A stretch of DNA of 64,000 nt from Escherichia coli. Lineage in GTDB: Bacteria; Pseudomonadota; Gammaproteobacteria; Enterobacterales; Enterobacteriaceae. The notes below the pieces were generated by a model. The model was not told the DNA's origin. It saw nothing but the letters and a program-made list of their open reading frames with translations, and made no database searches. Below, piece after piece: positions 11,501 through 20,776 of this stretch. Position 1 is the stretch's first letter. Each line of letters starts with the position of its first letter. Location: the NCBI RefSeq assembly GCF_013122565.1, contig NZ_CP053258.1, one strand, 5' to 3'. The translations under genes and the position numbers were made by a program.

Positions 11501-14500
11501 ACCAATATCCACCCCCATCTCCATGGTCGTGGAACAGTTCAGCACATTAACTTTGCCTGACTTAAATTGTTTTTCATTAAACTGGTTCTGCTCAGGCGTT
11601 CTCTGCGCAGAGTGTTCCTCCAGACGATACCAGCTATCTTTCAGGGCCAGTCGGTCGCTGCGAGTAGACCATAATCCTTCCTCGCGGGCATGTTGAATCA
11701 GCGCATTACTTTCCAGCCACTCCAGACGTTCTTCTCGGGCGATTTCTCCACCACCAGACAAACGCCAGTGACGTACAGGAAGCTCAGGCATTTCAATCAA
11801 CACTGCTTTTTCAGGTGCAATTTCTTTGCTACCCGGCAAATACGGAGAGTATCCCAGCAACGTGACGTCTAACGCACGTCGAGTATAGGGGCAACGCCAC
11901 ACTTGCTTTGGACTGTAAAATTCAGCTTGTTGTTTAATATCCAGCTGATAACCCGACTCAAACTGACGTAAGCAGGGTCGAATTGCATCCCAGACCTCAA
12001 TCATTAAGTGGTTAACTAACGATTTCCAGTGAGCCTGCTCAGGTTGTATTGCCGGAAAGACTGCGATTAATAGCTTAATGACCCGGTTATAATGGCGATC
12101 GCGTATTTGTGGCCAAAGTTGATCACGTTTCTGCCCTTTGTTTTTTTTATCTGGCCCCTGGAGCATTTTTACCGGGAAACGTGCCCCCATCCAGCGAGGG
12201 TATTGCTCGTTTTCGTAAAAAACGGCACTGTTTTCACGGATAAAGAAATCAAGAGTAATCTTCAATAAATTACGCCATTCCGCTAATTGCTTATCGGGAT
12301 CGGGTAATAATGTCTTCCAGTCCTGCGGGCAGGTTGTAACTTTATCAATAAATGGATAGTGAATGGCTACCAGACCCAGACTTTCGAGGGTCCAGGCATT
12401 TTTAGGGCGGCGACCAAACTCGCTGTATAAACAAAAATCTGCAAACTGTTGTTTAGTAAGATCAAGCCCAGACAATTCTTTAAAACTGCCTCTCATTCTA
12501 TCGGCAAGGTCCACACTGCCAACCAGCTGTTCAGACAGCGTTTGCCATGACATGGTTTTCTTCTGCTGATTGCCAGAGTTAGCCTGAAGTATTTGCATCG
12601 CTTCAGCATGATCCGGGCTTAAGGAACTCACCATCGGCTCAATAATTTTAAGTGCCTGAATGTCCGCCGGGCTAAGCTCCTCATTCGCAGCCATCGCTTT
12701 TTTCAGCGCGTCGATGGAATTTTTTAAAGGGAGGACAGAAAACTGGCTAATAACTTTCTCTAACAGTGCACAGTGTGCCGGGCTGAGTTTTGCTGAAGGC
12801 TCTGTAATATTTGCCAGCTCCTGGTAACAAAGAGCTCGCAACGTCGCTTTATCGGCATCCTGCTGTAAGCGAGCTGAAATGCGAGCGGTACCCTGACGCG
12901 AATCCGTAAAGGTGAGCAAGCGTCGACCATTAAACGGTCCTAACTGCTCTTCTCTTGTTTGCGGTAATGGAGAAAACTCCAGCAGAGTAGGAATAATTTC
13001 ATTTAAAAAAAAGGGCGCGCCGAGCCGAAGCGGACGGAATAAAGGATTATTTTTCCGTTGAGTGTCACCACAGCACACACAAGCAAAGGAGTTATTGCGT
13101 CCCTCACCTCGAGATTCCGGTCTTAACAGGTTTATTTCATAGTGCTTTTGCGCTTCACTATCAATTTTCCCCGCCGTCGTTTCTTCCAGTGAAATGATAT
13201 ATTTTTCACCATCGCTCGCAATCAGACGATCAAATTGAGAGTTATTGTCTAATTCGTCGTTGTCTTCATCTTCAGAATAAACATCTACATCAAGAGCAAA
13301 CTCATCCACTTCGGCAGCGGCGGGTTGCGCTACCAACCAGTTCGTTCCATCACCGCGCATCTCCTCTTTGGCAGACAAATAAGCTGAACCACACCCGGAG
13401 CAACGTAAAACTTCAAATACCGGCGCACCACAGTCACAATATTGGCGCTGCTCAAACCATACCTGACCAAATGGCCAGTCACTCTGATTTAATTCATGTG
13501 CTTTATGTGAGCATTGTTTGTTTGAACATGCCCATAGACCCGCCAGTGTTCTGATAAACCCATGCATACGTAATGGCGTAAAAGCCAGTTCACCTTCTCG
13601 CGATCTTGCCATTAGATCGAGGAGTTGCAGTAGCTCACGGTGATTAATATCTGGCCAGGTTCTTCTGGCAACATTGAGCAACTCACTCAAACGTACTGCC
13701 TGCCGTCCGGGATGAGTTAACGCCTGACGCAATTGCTGGGCCACACGGTAATGACAAAGCTGTTGGTAAAGATCCTGAGGGCTCAGGGATTTAAGAGAAG
13801 TTAAAGATGTGGGGTATTCATGACGAATCAGCGACTCCGATACCCGCGGTATTTGTCGATAACCGCGAACCACTTTGACATCACGTTCTGTAACGCCCGC
13901 GAGATCAGCGACAAATTTAGCAAGCTCCTTATTACCTTCAGGAGAGTCTTCACCAATAGTGGCAGAGGTCGCGATAATCTGCACAGGTTTATCTGTGCCG
14001 GGTCCAACATTGAAAGCCTGCATAACACGACGTAAAAGCAGCGCTAACTCAGCAGCCTGAGAACCAATATAACTATGGGCTTCATCCAGGACGATATACT
14101 TTAACATCCCCTGAGACTTTTCGATGATTGGGGCATCTTTACGACGAATCAGCATATATTCCAGCATGGTGGTATTCGTCACCATGATGGAAGGTGGTGC
14201 TTCATAAATGGCTTCCCGACTCAAAGCTTGTTCAGGTACTTTCAACTGATCTTCCTGAATTTCGTATTTGGTATGCCGGGTTTCGCCATTATATAGCGCG
14301 AAGCGTATTTTCCCCTTAAATCCGCGCGTCCATTCGCGAAGCCGCTCCTGTTGGCTGTTAATTAATGCATTTAACGGATACAAGAAAATAGCTTGTGTCC
14401 CTGTTAGTGACTGGCGGGTCGATTTTTGCTGACGAATAAGATCTTCCAGAACAGGTACCATAAAGCATTCTGTTTTCCCGGATCCCGTACCGCTGCTCAC

Positions 14501-14845
14501 TAACAAGGATTTTTTGTCTTCCAGAATCGTTCGCCACGCAGTGAGTTGATGACGAAATGGCACTGGCGCTTTGCTCAATGCATCAACCAGCGGGCTGGAG
14601 ATCAGCTTGTCCCGCAAATCCTCCATTGTTTCATCCGCAGGCATCCAGCCGAATGTACTTTCGAATACCGGGTCTGCAAGCAGTGACCCCTCCTGACCGG
14701 GAGGCTGAAAATATTGTGATTCCAGATAATGAGTCAACGACTTGCTCCGCAATGCCAACTGACTTACCACCGACCTCACCGCACGCTGATGAAGCTGATT
14801 TAGAAGTGGCGCATAATGCAGTTGCTGAACGTCCATCAATGACAT
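8522..14845 (-). CDS. Very large helicase (2107 aa) with C-terminal cysteine-rich DUF1998-like zinc ribbon; Druantia DruE-like
   Basis: Motifs GTGSGKTECFM (Walker A), VLDEAHSY (DEAH), C-terminal CxxC clusters (CSCDKFCHHC); size and architecture match DruE. Confidence 0.7.
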   Translation of the reverse strand: MSLMDVQQLHYAPLLNQLHQRAVRSVVSQLALRSKSLTHYLESQYFQPPGQEGSLLADPVFESTFGWMPADETMEDLRDKLISSPLVDALSKAPVPFRHQLTAWRTILEDKKSLLVSSGTGSGKTECFMVPVLEDLIRQQKSTRQSLTGTQAIFLYPLNALINSQQERLREWTRGFKGKIRFALYNGETRHTKYEIQEDQLKVPEQALSREAIYEAPPSIMVTNTTMLEYMLIRRKDAPIIEKSQGMLKYIVLDEAHSYIGSQAAELALLLRRVMQAFNVGPGTDKPVQIIATSATIGEDSPEGNKELAKFVADLAGVTERDVKVVRGYRQIPRVSESLIRHEYPTSLTSLKSLSPQDLYQQLCHYRVAQQLRQALTHPGRQAVRLSELLNVARRTWPDINHRELLQLLDLMARSREGELAFTPLRMHGFIRTLAGLWACSNKQCSHKAHELNQSDWPFGQVWFEQRQYCDCGAPVFEVLRCSGCGSAYLSAKEEMRGDGTNWLVAQPAAAEVDEFALDVDVYSEDEDNDELDNNSQFDRLIASDGEKYIISLEETTAGKIDSEAQKHYEINLLRPESRGEGRNNSFACVCCGDTQRKNNPLFRPLRLGAPFFLNEIIPTLLEFSPLPQTREEQLGPFNGRRLLTFTDSRQGTARISARLQQDADKATLRALCYQELANITEPSAKLSPAHCALLEKVISQFSVLPLKNSIDALKKAMAANEELSPADIQALKIIEPMVSSLSPDHAEAMQILQANSGNQQKKTMSWQTLSEQLVGSVDLADRMRGSFKELSGLDLTKQQFADFCLYSEFGRRPKNAWTLESLGLVAIHYPFIDKVTTCPQDWKTLLPDPDKQLAEWRNLLKITLDFFIRENSAVFYENEQYPRWMGARFPVKMLQGPDKKNKGQKRDQLWPQIRDRHYNRVIKLLIAVFPAIQPEQAHWKSLVNHLMIEVWDAIRPCLRQFESGYQLDIKQQAEFYSPKQVWRCPYTRRALDVTLLGYSPYLPGSKEIAPEKAVLIEMPELPVRHWRLSGGGEIAREERLEWLESNALIQHAREEGLWSTRSDRLALKDSWYRLEEHSAQRTPEQNQFNEKQFKSGKVNVLNCSTTMEMGVDIGGMSLVAMNNVPPAPANYLQRAGRAGRRGESASAAITLCKNTAHGMEVFKDPLWAFNTTASAPRVRFGSSSIVQRHVNALVLGLFLRAEVPDATKLSCKWFFEGDESQCLRFLHWLNHQADQLADKLKRLTQGTVLMSLTATQLLTRTQAMMQQVDIRWRSQLAILLENIEALKADNSAWEETPAGKAIAYQLRDYRGAYLFSKLISEAFLPGHGFPVGVVNFNYLTADELEKRRAIKATQADPNEGGESFSRRIEKLPSRDLPTALREYAPGADVVLGGKVYRSSGIMLGKVLASGQELSGDHHIPWFWHCRKCGAGATSTTRPVECSHCKADIQQLDVKRYLQPVGFATDIRYQAHNDVSMPAQLPWKDPRVLVPSSVWVSLPDAGLGRYRFSHSGELFHFSEGEFGHGYAICLSCGRAESQTQPQRTPENLKNPERENTHYLLRGGSNDRQGSNKLCHGHVHKDLWLGYSSRTDMVELQLNDDNGLLIRDEVAARSLAVALREGLAHKLGIENTELGVTTQQARDINGYTGYSIFIYDNNAGGAGYAVQLIDHWADVFNYARKLLDCSCDKFCHHCLLSYDSQHYVNRLDRHHALTLLTNVRLQRLNLAPEYQYFGDGSRVETNPLSLRIAQCLNSEIYDSCSLVLAGPQEQWDFAQWPLFKELLQFASSGGNVELLVATPLENLTDSSRHQLSALAAMPGGRLQVKSIATAQLMQGKGRWLAQVTREGQSQQWAADDSATVAPGELWGQSASSPVVTLKGTSGKTFSGQTLSAEDLLPALPTGAVRINLCEQLDGPLEGFGSRFWSLVTQQHAGWKQAFTRHKEITHVEYSDRYLNSPFTARLLGEILTELVEQGMAERASLTVCVKKLDYNSRQHDALYNAWLNEEDRQQVVTTLLEEGYLGPAWPGAISWLTGDNQSTEHGRELTVTFSDGSQHYVLLDMGLSYWRCIEDTLFDFALRVPQQVERLANTRSRAVAPGNDLRSYVIAG

Positions 14846-17800
14846 ACTCCTGCTTGTTCAAAATAATATTGATAGATTACCCCTAATTGCTGTGGGGCTT
14901 GCTGATAGTGAAATTCAAAAAGCGCAGACAGTTGATGTATCAGGTTATTATCTTTTTGGGTTAACAGCGCTGCGACTAACATCAAATTAAAACGTTTTTC
15001 AAGCCGTGAGTGATATTTATCTTCAATCCAAAGCTTATTAAAAACAGATTTTAACTCTGGAGTAATAGCACTGGACCAAAGTTCTTTAGGGAAGATACTG
15101 ATACGCCCAAAGCTGTCGGGGTTCCTTAATAGCATCTGTTTAGCTTCATTAAACTGCTCACGACTAACAGTTGGCAATACATCACAACCGGTTGGTAGGC
15201 TCTCACTATATGTAAGTAACATATTCGCAATGGGAGCCAGCCGACGATCGATATGTGCACGATGGTTCATAAAAGCAATAAAGGGTCGCAATATATGTAA
15301 TGCTAATGTTTTATCGTTAATCTGTTTTTCCAGATAAGTCCAACATTTTTGGAAAACATCTTTCCAGATTGAAACGGGAATCCATCCCCATGAAAAGGGT
15401 AATTCTTCCTGTATATCATAAATCGTATCGCTATCACCAGAAAGACATGATGATATTAACAATTGAACAACCACGCGGTAATTACTCGAAATACATCTGA
15501 ACAAGTCCAGATCCAGCAAGGATAAGCCATTATTCATTTTGTATTTCTTAATATACTCTGTTAATAAACAGCAATAATTTTGCAATGGGTTGTTATCTAT
15601 TTCAAAAATTAGCTCATTAAAATTTTTTTTGCGCTGTTCTGGGTCTGCTTCGCATAGAGCATTTAGTAATAAATCATTTGTCTGTAATACAGGTAGCATC
15701 CATTTAATTACTGGTGCAATGCGAGCTGTACCATCCAGTTTTCCCACAATTAACCATGGACTATCCTGAACATTCAGAGCTGAAAGATCATAAGCAAACT
15801 CATCTTTTTTTAACAATGATATGTGTAAGCCAGGATTCTTAAGAGAAATAGCATCAACAACCAGTTCGTCTATTCTATTTGCAGGAAAAACAACAGAATT
15901 TTTTATATCAACCAGTAACCCTTGATCGTGTTCAATAAAACTACCATCGTAGCGTTTAATATTGAGTGTTGCTTTATCCTTTCCAAATCTGTCAGAGTAA
16001 AAATCAACACATAATGTACTATTGCTGTTCCATGCACATGCCAGCATAGCATTTAGCAAATTATAGTTCTCATAAAGTGAAATTTGTTGTAATTTGTCAT
16101 TGCGTCCTGATAAAAGAGGAAGGTCGGCATGTAAATAACGGAATTTTTCAGCTACTGGATTTTCATCGAATAACTCGATATTAAGATATCCTCTTCCAGC
16201 ACATGATATGGTTAATAACTCAGCATCTATTCCATGCAAATGTGCTATAGATGCCACACCATCAAAATGAACAGAACCATCATTAGTTACAAATCGGCCA
16301 CCGCTAACCGGCTTAGGTAATAATAGTTTAAGATTAGAACCATCTTTCCAGGAGACCCGTAAATCAACGGTATTTTCCAGCATCTGCGATGAATTATAAT
16401 AAATAGCACACTCGTTTTGTGAATAATCGGACTTAAGTGTTACTTTTTCATTGTTTGAATATTTATCAATTCTAGTATCCGTTATACCAGAAAGTATAAT
16501 AATGCCTTGCTGAGCACTCTCAGGTATAATATTAATATCGAAGTCTGCTGGTAAAACTACAACTTTACCGCTAAATAAAACCTCATCATTAACTATTCGC
16601 CGGACTTCTATCTGTCCTTTTGGCATTTCTGATGCGACAGAATACCAGGCATTGTTACCTGAACGAATGGAACGCCAAAAAAGTTCTTTCTCCGGTACAA
16701 TGCCATATTGTAGATCCTTTTTCCAACCGATCTTCGGCCAGGCTCGATGGACAGGATAATCCGATTTAACCAGTTCAACTTCTGTCGATTTAATATAATA
16801 TTCAATTGCAGAATCATAAAGTTGCTGGGTGCGAATTGTACAAACAGCACCATCATGTAAAACAACGCTAAATACTCCACTTATTTTAGTTAAGCTGCGT
16901 TCACTGTTTTTCAGCAACCTTGGGATATCAAACTCACCTTCTCCACTAATATCTAAATGGCTATTTTTCGGTAGCGAAATAAACAGAGCATTTAGCCTGG
17001 AACTCACAGACCCCATACCAACAAGTTTTAGCTGCGATTCACTCTCATTCATCGCTTCAAAAACCCAGGGAAGTTCTTCAGTAAGTTCATAACCGCCTTT
17101 TGGAATTGTGTGACCTAACAGAATTGGACCTTCATGAAGCGACAATGAGATTTCGGCCATTGCATCTGCACCAGAGAGTTTTTGCATCGCAATAGGTAAT
17201 AACTCGACCCGCCAATCTTGCTGCTCATAACGGCTTAGCATTGCCAACCTTGCCCCGCCATTTTTCCATTTTCCTGAAATGATGAGTCGGGTCTGCTCCG
17301 GCTGAATATGGCATTCAAACAAAGAGGTTAACTGTTCTGTACGCATTGTGGCCGGGAATCGGAACCGGGCATCGCAATACCAACTGTCATCAACATCGAC
17401 CCAGATTCTTTCAACCTGAAGACTACTTGCACTGCGTATTTCAGAAGATTGAGAAAGTAATCGCCTTACAATCTCTGCAGCATTCGCTTCGGGGAGAACG
17501 AGTGGAAGTTGAAGATGCCAGTCTGGAGAGAGCTTACGTAATGCAGAAACGGGATCACTGCTTTGAGGAGGATGCTCACTAAGTAATCGGCAGAGAGTCT
17601 CGCAGAATTCACCGGCTATTTCATAGACCAGTTCGTTTTGCATTGTGACAGGAATCGTATCGCCTAATTCTTGTGCAATTTTAGCGGCAGGATATTGAGA
17701 TGATTGCCCACGAAGCGCCTGATATATCCTTCTGAAATAGGTAATCAAATAACCGCTCTCATTTTCAATCATGCGGATAGGTAAACCACCTTCACAAGCC

Positions 17801-18195
17801 AGTGTATGCAGATAACCCGAAGCTTGCCCCAGGTTTCTTATCTTTCTTTTCCAGTAGCGAATGCCATCATTAACCAGCTTCTGTCGATGAACATACGGAA
17901 CTTTCCAGTTAATAGAATCTAAAATTGTGTCCCATTTAGGGTGTCCGACCGTATGAGTTCGGCGGATAAACTCTGCGGCATATATGCTAAATAGAACATC
18001 GCTATAGGAAATGAATATCGTTCTTGGATAACTACGGGGGGCATATGTACGCAGTAGTTCTGCCAAACTTTCGTACTCTGTATCAGTACAACGGTAAGCA
18101 TATAACGCCCGTCCATCAGCTCCGGATAATGAACGGCGACTAAAAAACATGTTAAGCCATTGCAAAAGTGGGTTAACTGGAGTTTTCACAAGCAA
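14836..18195 (-). CDS. Large protein of unknown function (1119 aa); Druantia type III DruH-like by position
   Basis: Long ORF immediately upstream of and overlapping the DruE-like gene by 10 nt; no recognisable catalytic motif. Confidence 0.5.
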   Translation of the reverse strand: MLVKTPVNPLLQWLNMFFSRRSLSGADGRALYAYRCTDTEYESLAELLRTYAPRSYPRTIFISYSDVLFSIYAAEFIRRTHTVGHPKWDTILDSINWKVPYVHRQKLVNDGIRYWKRKIRNLGQASGYLHTLACEGGLPIRMIENESGYLITYFRRIYQALRGQSSQYPAAKIAQELGDTIPVTMQNELVYEIAGEFCETLCRLLSEHPPQSSDPVSALRKLSPDWHLQLPLVLPEANAAEIVRRLLSQSSEIRSASSLQVERIWVDVDDSWYCDARFRFPATMRTEQLTSLFECHIQPEQTRLIISGKWKNGGARLAMLSRYEQQDWRVELLPIAMQKLSGADAMAEISLSLHEGPILLGHTIPKGGYELTEELPWVFEAMNESESQLKLVGMGSVSSRLNALFISLPKNSHLDISGEGEFDIPRLLKNSERSLTKISGVFSVVLHDGAVCTIRTQQLYDSAIEYYIKSTEVELVKSDYPVHRAWPKIGWKKDLQYGIVPEKELFWRSIRSGNNAWYSVASEMPKGQIEVRRIVNDEVLFSGKVVVLPADFDINIIPESAQQGIIILSGITDTRIDKYSNNEKVTLKSDYSQNECAIYYNSSQMLENTVDLRVSWKDGSNLKLLLPKPVSGGRFVTNDGSVHFDGVASIAHLHGIDAELLTISCAGRGYLNIELFDENPVAEKFRYLHADLPLLSGRNDKLQQISLYENYNLLNAMLACAWNSNSTLCVDFYSDRFGKDKATLNIKRYDGSFIEHDQGLLVDIKNSVVFPANRIDELVVDAISLKNPGLHISLLKKDEFAYDLSALNVQDSPWLIVGKLDGTARIAPVIKWMLPVLQTNDLLLNALCEADPEQRKKNFNELIFEIDNNPLQNYCCLLTEYIKKYKMNNGLSLLDLDLFRCISSNYRVVVQLLISSCLSGDSDTIYDIQEELPFSWGWIPVSIWKDVFQKCWTYLEKQINDKTLALHILRPFIAFMNHRAHIDRRLAPIANMLLTYSESLPTGCDVLPTVSREQFNEAKQMLLRNPDSFGRISIFPKELWSSAITPELKSVFNKLWIEDKYHSRLEKRFNLMLVAALLTQKDNNLIHQLSALFEFHYQQAPQQLGVIYQYYFEQAGVCH

Positions 18196-18403
18196 CCTGC
18201 CTTCCTTTGATACAATTCGTAACAGGTTACTATCATCATAAAAAAGCTCAACCCGATGAACTCGCTAAAAATGAGACAAATCATTTATATCTCGAAAAAA
18301 CTTGTTACAATCATGAGCGCTACACCGAACTTAACCATATAAATTATGTGTGTTTTGTTTATTTTTTAAACGATTACAACTATCCATTATTTACACAGGT
18401 ATC

Positions 18404-20059
18404 AAAATGTTAGCGCAGCTTTTTGAGCAGTTGTTTCAATCGATAGACTCTACACTGATCACCAATATTTTCATCTGGGCTGTTATATTCGTATTTTTAT
18501 CAGCGTGGTGGTGTGACAAAAAAAATATACATAGTAAGTTTAGAGAATATGCTCCAACCTTAATGGGGGCATTAGGTATTCTGGGTACTTTCATTGGTAT
18601 TATTATTGGTTTACTCAATTTTAATACCGAAAGTATTGATACCAGCATCCCCGTATTATTAGGTGGCCTAAAAACAGCATTCATTACAAGCATTGTAGGT
18701 ATGTTTTTTGCCATTTTATTTAATGGAATGGATGCTTTCTTTTTTGCCAATAAACGAAGTGCGTTAGCAGAAAATAACCCTGAATCTGTTACACCTGAAC
18801 ATATCTATCATGAATTAAAAGAGCAGAACCAGACTCTGACTAAATTAGTCTCGGGTGTTAACGGTGATAGTGAAGGTTCTCTTATTGCTCAAATAAAATT
18901 ACTACGTACTGAGATTAGCGATTCTTCGCAGGCACAATTAGCTAATCACACTCATTTCAGTAATAAGCTTTGGGAACAACTTGAACAATTTGCAGATCTA
19001 ATGGCAAAAGGTGCTACAGAACAAATTATTGATGCTTTGCGACAAGTTATTATTGATTTTAATGAAAATTTAACTGAACAGTTTGGTGAAAACTTTAAAG
19101 CACTTGATGCCTCTGTAAAAAAACTTGTTGAGTGGCAGGGAAATTATAAAACGCAAGTTGAGCAGATGTCAGAACAGTATCAACAAAGTGTCGAGTCCCT
19201 GGTTGAAACAAAAACTGCGGTTGCAGGGATTTGGGAAGAATGTAAAGAAATTCCTCTGGCTATGTCTGAACTGCGTGAAGTGCTTCAGGTGAACCAACAT
19301 CAAATCAGCGAACTCTCCCGCCATTTAGAAACCTTTGTCGCCATCCGCGATAAAGCAACAACCGTATTACCTGAAATACAGAACAAAATGGCTGAAGTGG
19401 GTGAACTGCTGAAATCCGGAGCTGCAAATGTTAGTGCATCTCTTGAGCAAACCAGCCAGCAAATACTTCTTAATGCAGATTCAATGCGCGTGGCCCTGGA
19501 TGAAGGTACCGAAGGATTCAGACAATCGGTTACCCAAACACAACAAGCATTTGCCTCGATGGCACATGATGTCAGCAATTCCTCCGAAACCCTAACCAGC
19601 ACGTTAGGTGAAACAATTACTGAAATGAAACAAAGTGGTGAAGAATTCCTGAAATCACTAGAGTCGCACTCGAAAGAATTGCATAGAAATATGGAACAAA
19701 ATACTACGAATGTGATTGATATGTTCAGTAAGACTGGTGAAAAGATTAACCATCAACTATCCAGTAATGCCGATAATATGTTTGATTCAATCCAGACATC
19801 ATTTGATAAGGCAAGTGCAGGGTTGACTTCTCAAGTCAGAGAATCAATTGAAAAATTTGCTCTATCCATCAACGAGCAGTTACATGCTTTTGAGCAAGCA
19901 ACTGAACGTGAAATGAACCGTGAAATGCAATCATTAGGTAATGCTCTGCTTTCAATCAGCAAAGGTTTTGTCGGTAACTATGAAAAACTTATTAAAGATT
20001 ACCAAATAGTTATGGGGCAGTTACAAGCATTAATTTCTGCTAATAAACATCGCGGGTAA
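18404..20059 (+). CDS. MotA/ExbB-like membrane protein with long coiled-coil tail; Zorya ZorA-like
   Basis: N-terminal hydrophobic helices followed by long helical Q/E/L-rich tail; ORF track starts at GTG 18350, first ATG at 18404. Confidence 0.65.
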   Translation, partial: KMLAQLFEQLFQSIDSTLITNIFIWAVIFVFLSAWWCDKKNIHSKFREYAPTLMGALGILGTFIGIIIGLLNFNTESIDTSIPVLLGGLKTAFITSIVGMFFAILFNGMDAFFFANKRSALAENNPESVTPEHIYHELKEQNQTLTKLVSGVNGDSEGSLIAQIKLLRTEISDSSQAQLANHTHFSNKLWEQLEQFADLMAKGATEQIIDALRQVIIDFNENLTEQFGENFKALDASVKKLVEWQGNYKTQVEQMSEQYQQSVESLVETKTAVAGIWEECKEIPLAMSELREVLQVNQHQISELSRHLETFVAIRDKATTVLPEIQNKMAEVGELLKSGAANVSASLEQTSQQILLNADSMRVALDEGTEGFRQSVTQTQQAFASMAHDVSNSSETLTSTLGETITEMKQSGEEFLKSLESHSKELHRNMEQNTTNVIDMFSKTGEKINHQLSSNADNMFDSIQTSFDKASAGLTSQVRESIEKFALSINEQLHAFEQATEREMNREMQSLGNALLSISKGFVGNYEKLIKDYQIVMGQLQALISANKHRG

Positions 20060-20065
20060 TCGATC

Positions 20066-20773
20066 ATGGATAAGATTATAGGGAAACAATTACCTAAAAA
20101 AGATCAAGATAATGAACATTGGGTATCCATGTCAGACCTAATGGCAGGGCTGATGATGGTTTTTATGTTCATATCTATTGCTTATATGCACTACGTACGT
20201 ATTGAAAAAGAAAAAATTAAAGAAGTTGCCGTAGCCTACGAGAATGCTCAGTTACAGCTTTATAATGCTCTGGATATTGAGTTTGCAAAGGATTTACAAG
20301 ACTGGGATGCAGAGATCGATAAACAGACTCTGGAGGTTCGATTTAAATCACCGGATGTTTTATTTGGCTTAGGAAGCACAGAGCTAAAACCAAAGTTTAA
20401 ACTCATTCTTGACGACTTTTTTCCTCGCTACCTAAAAGTTCTAGATAATTATCAGGAACATATTACTGAAGTCCGCATTGAAGGTCACACAAGTACTGAC
20501 TGGACAGGAACAACGAATCCTGATATTGCTTATTTTAATAATATGGCACTATCACAAGGTCGTACACGTGCAGTATTACAATACGTTTATGACATAAAAA
20601 ATATCGCGACACACCAACAATGGGTTAAAAGTAAATTTGCCGCAGTAGGTTATTCATCTGCACATCCCATTCTTGATAAAACCGGCAAGGAGGATCCTAA
20701 TCGCTCTCGTCGTGTCACCTTCAAAGTTGTAACAAATGCCGAGTTGCAGATTAGAAAGATTATTCAGGAGTAA
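20066..20773 (+). CDS. MotB/OmpA-like protein with peptidoglycan-binding domain; Zorya ZorB-like
   Basis: N-terminal TM helix; OmpA-like C-terminus (NxxLSQGRTRAV...NRSRRVTF); 6 nt after zorA-like stop. Confidence 0.65.
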   Translation: MDKIIGKQLPKKDQDNEHWVSMSDLMAGLMMVFMFISIAYMHYVRIEKEKIKEVAVAYENAQLQLYNALDIEFAKDLQDWDAEIDKQTLEVRFKSPDVLFGLGSTELKPKFKLILDDFFPRYLKVLDNYQEHITEVRIEGHTSTDWTGTTNPDIAYFNNMALSQGRTRAVLQYVYDIKNIATHQQWVKSKFAAVGYSSAHPILDKTGKEDPNRSRRVTFKVVTNAELQIRKIIQE

Positions 20774-20776
20774 GAG

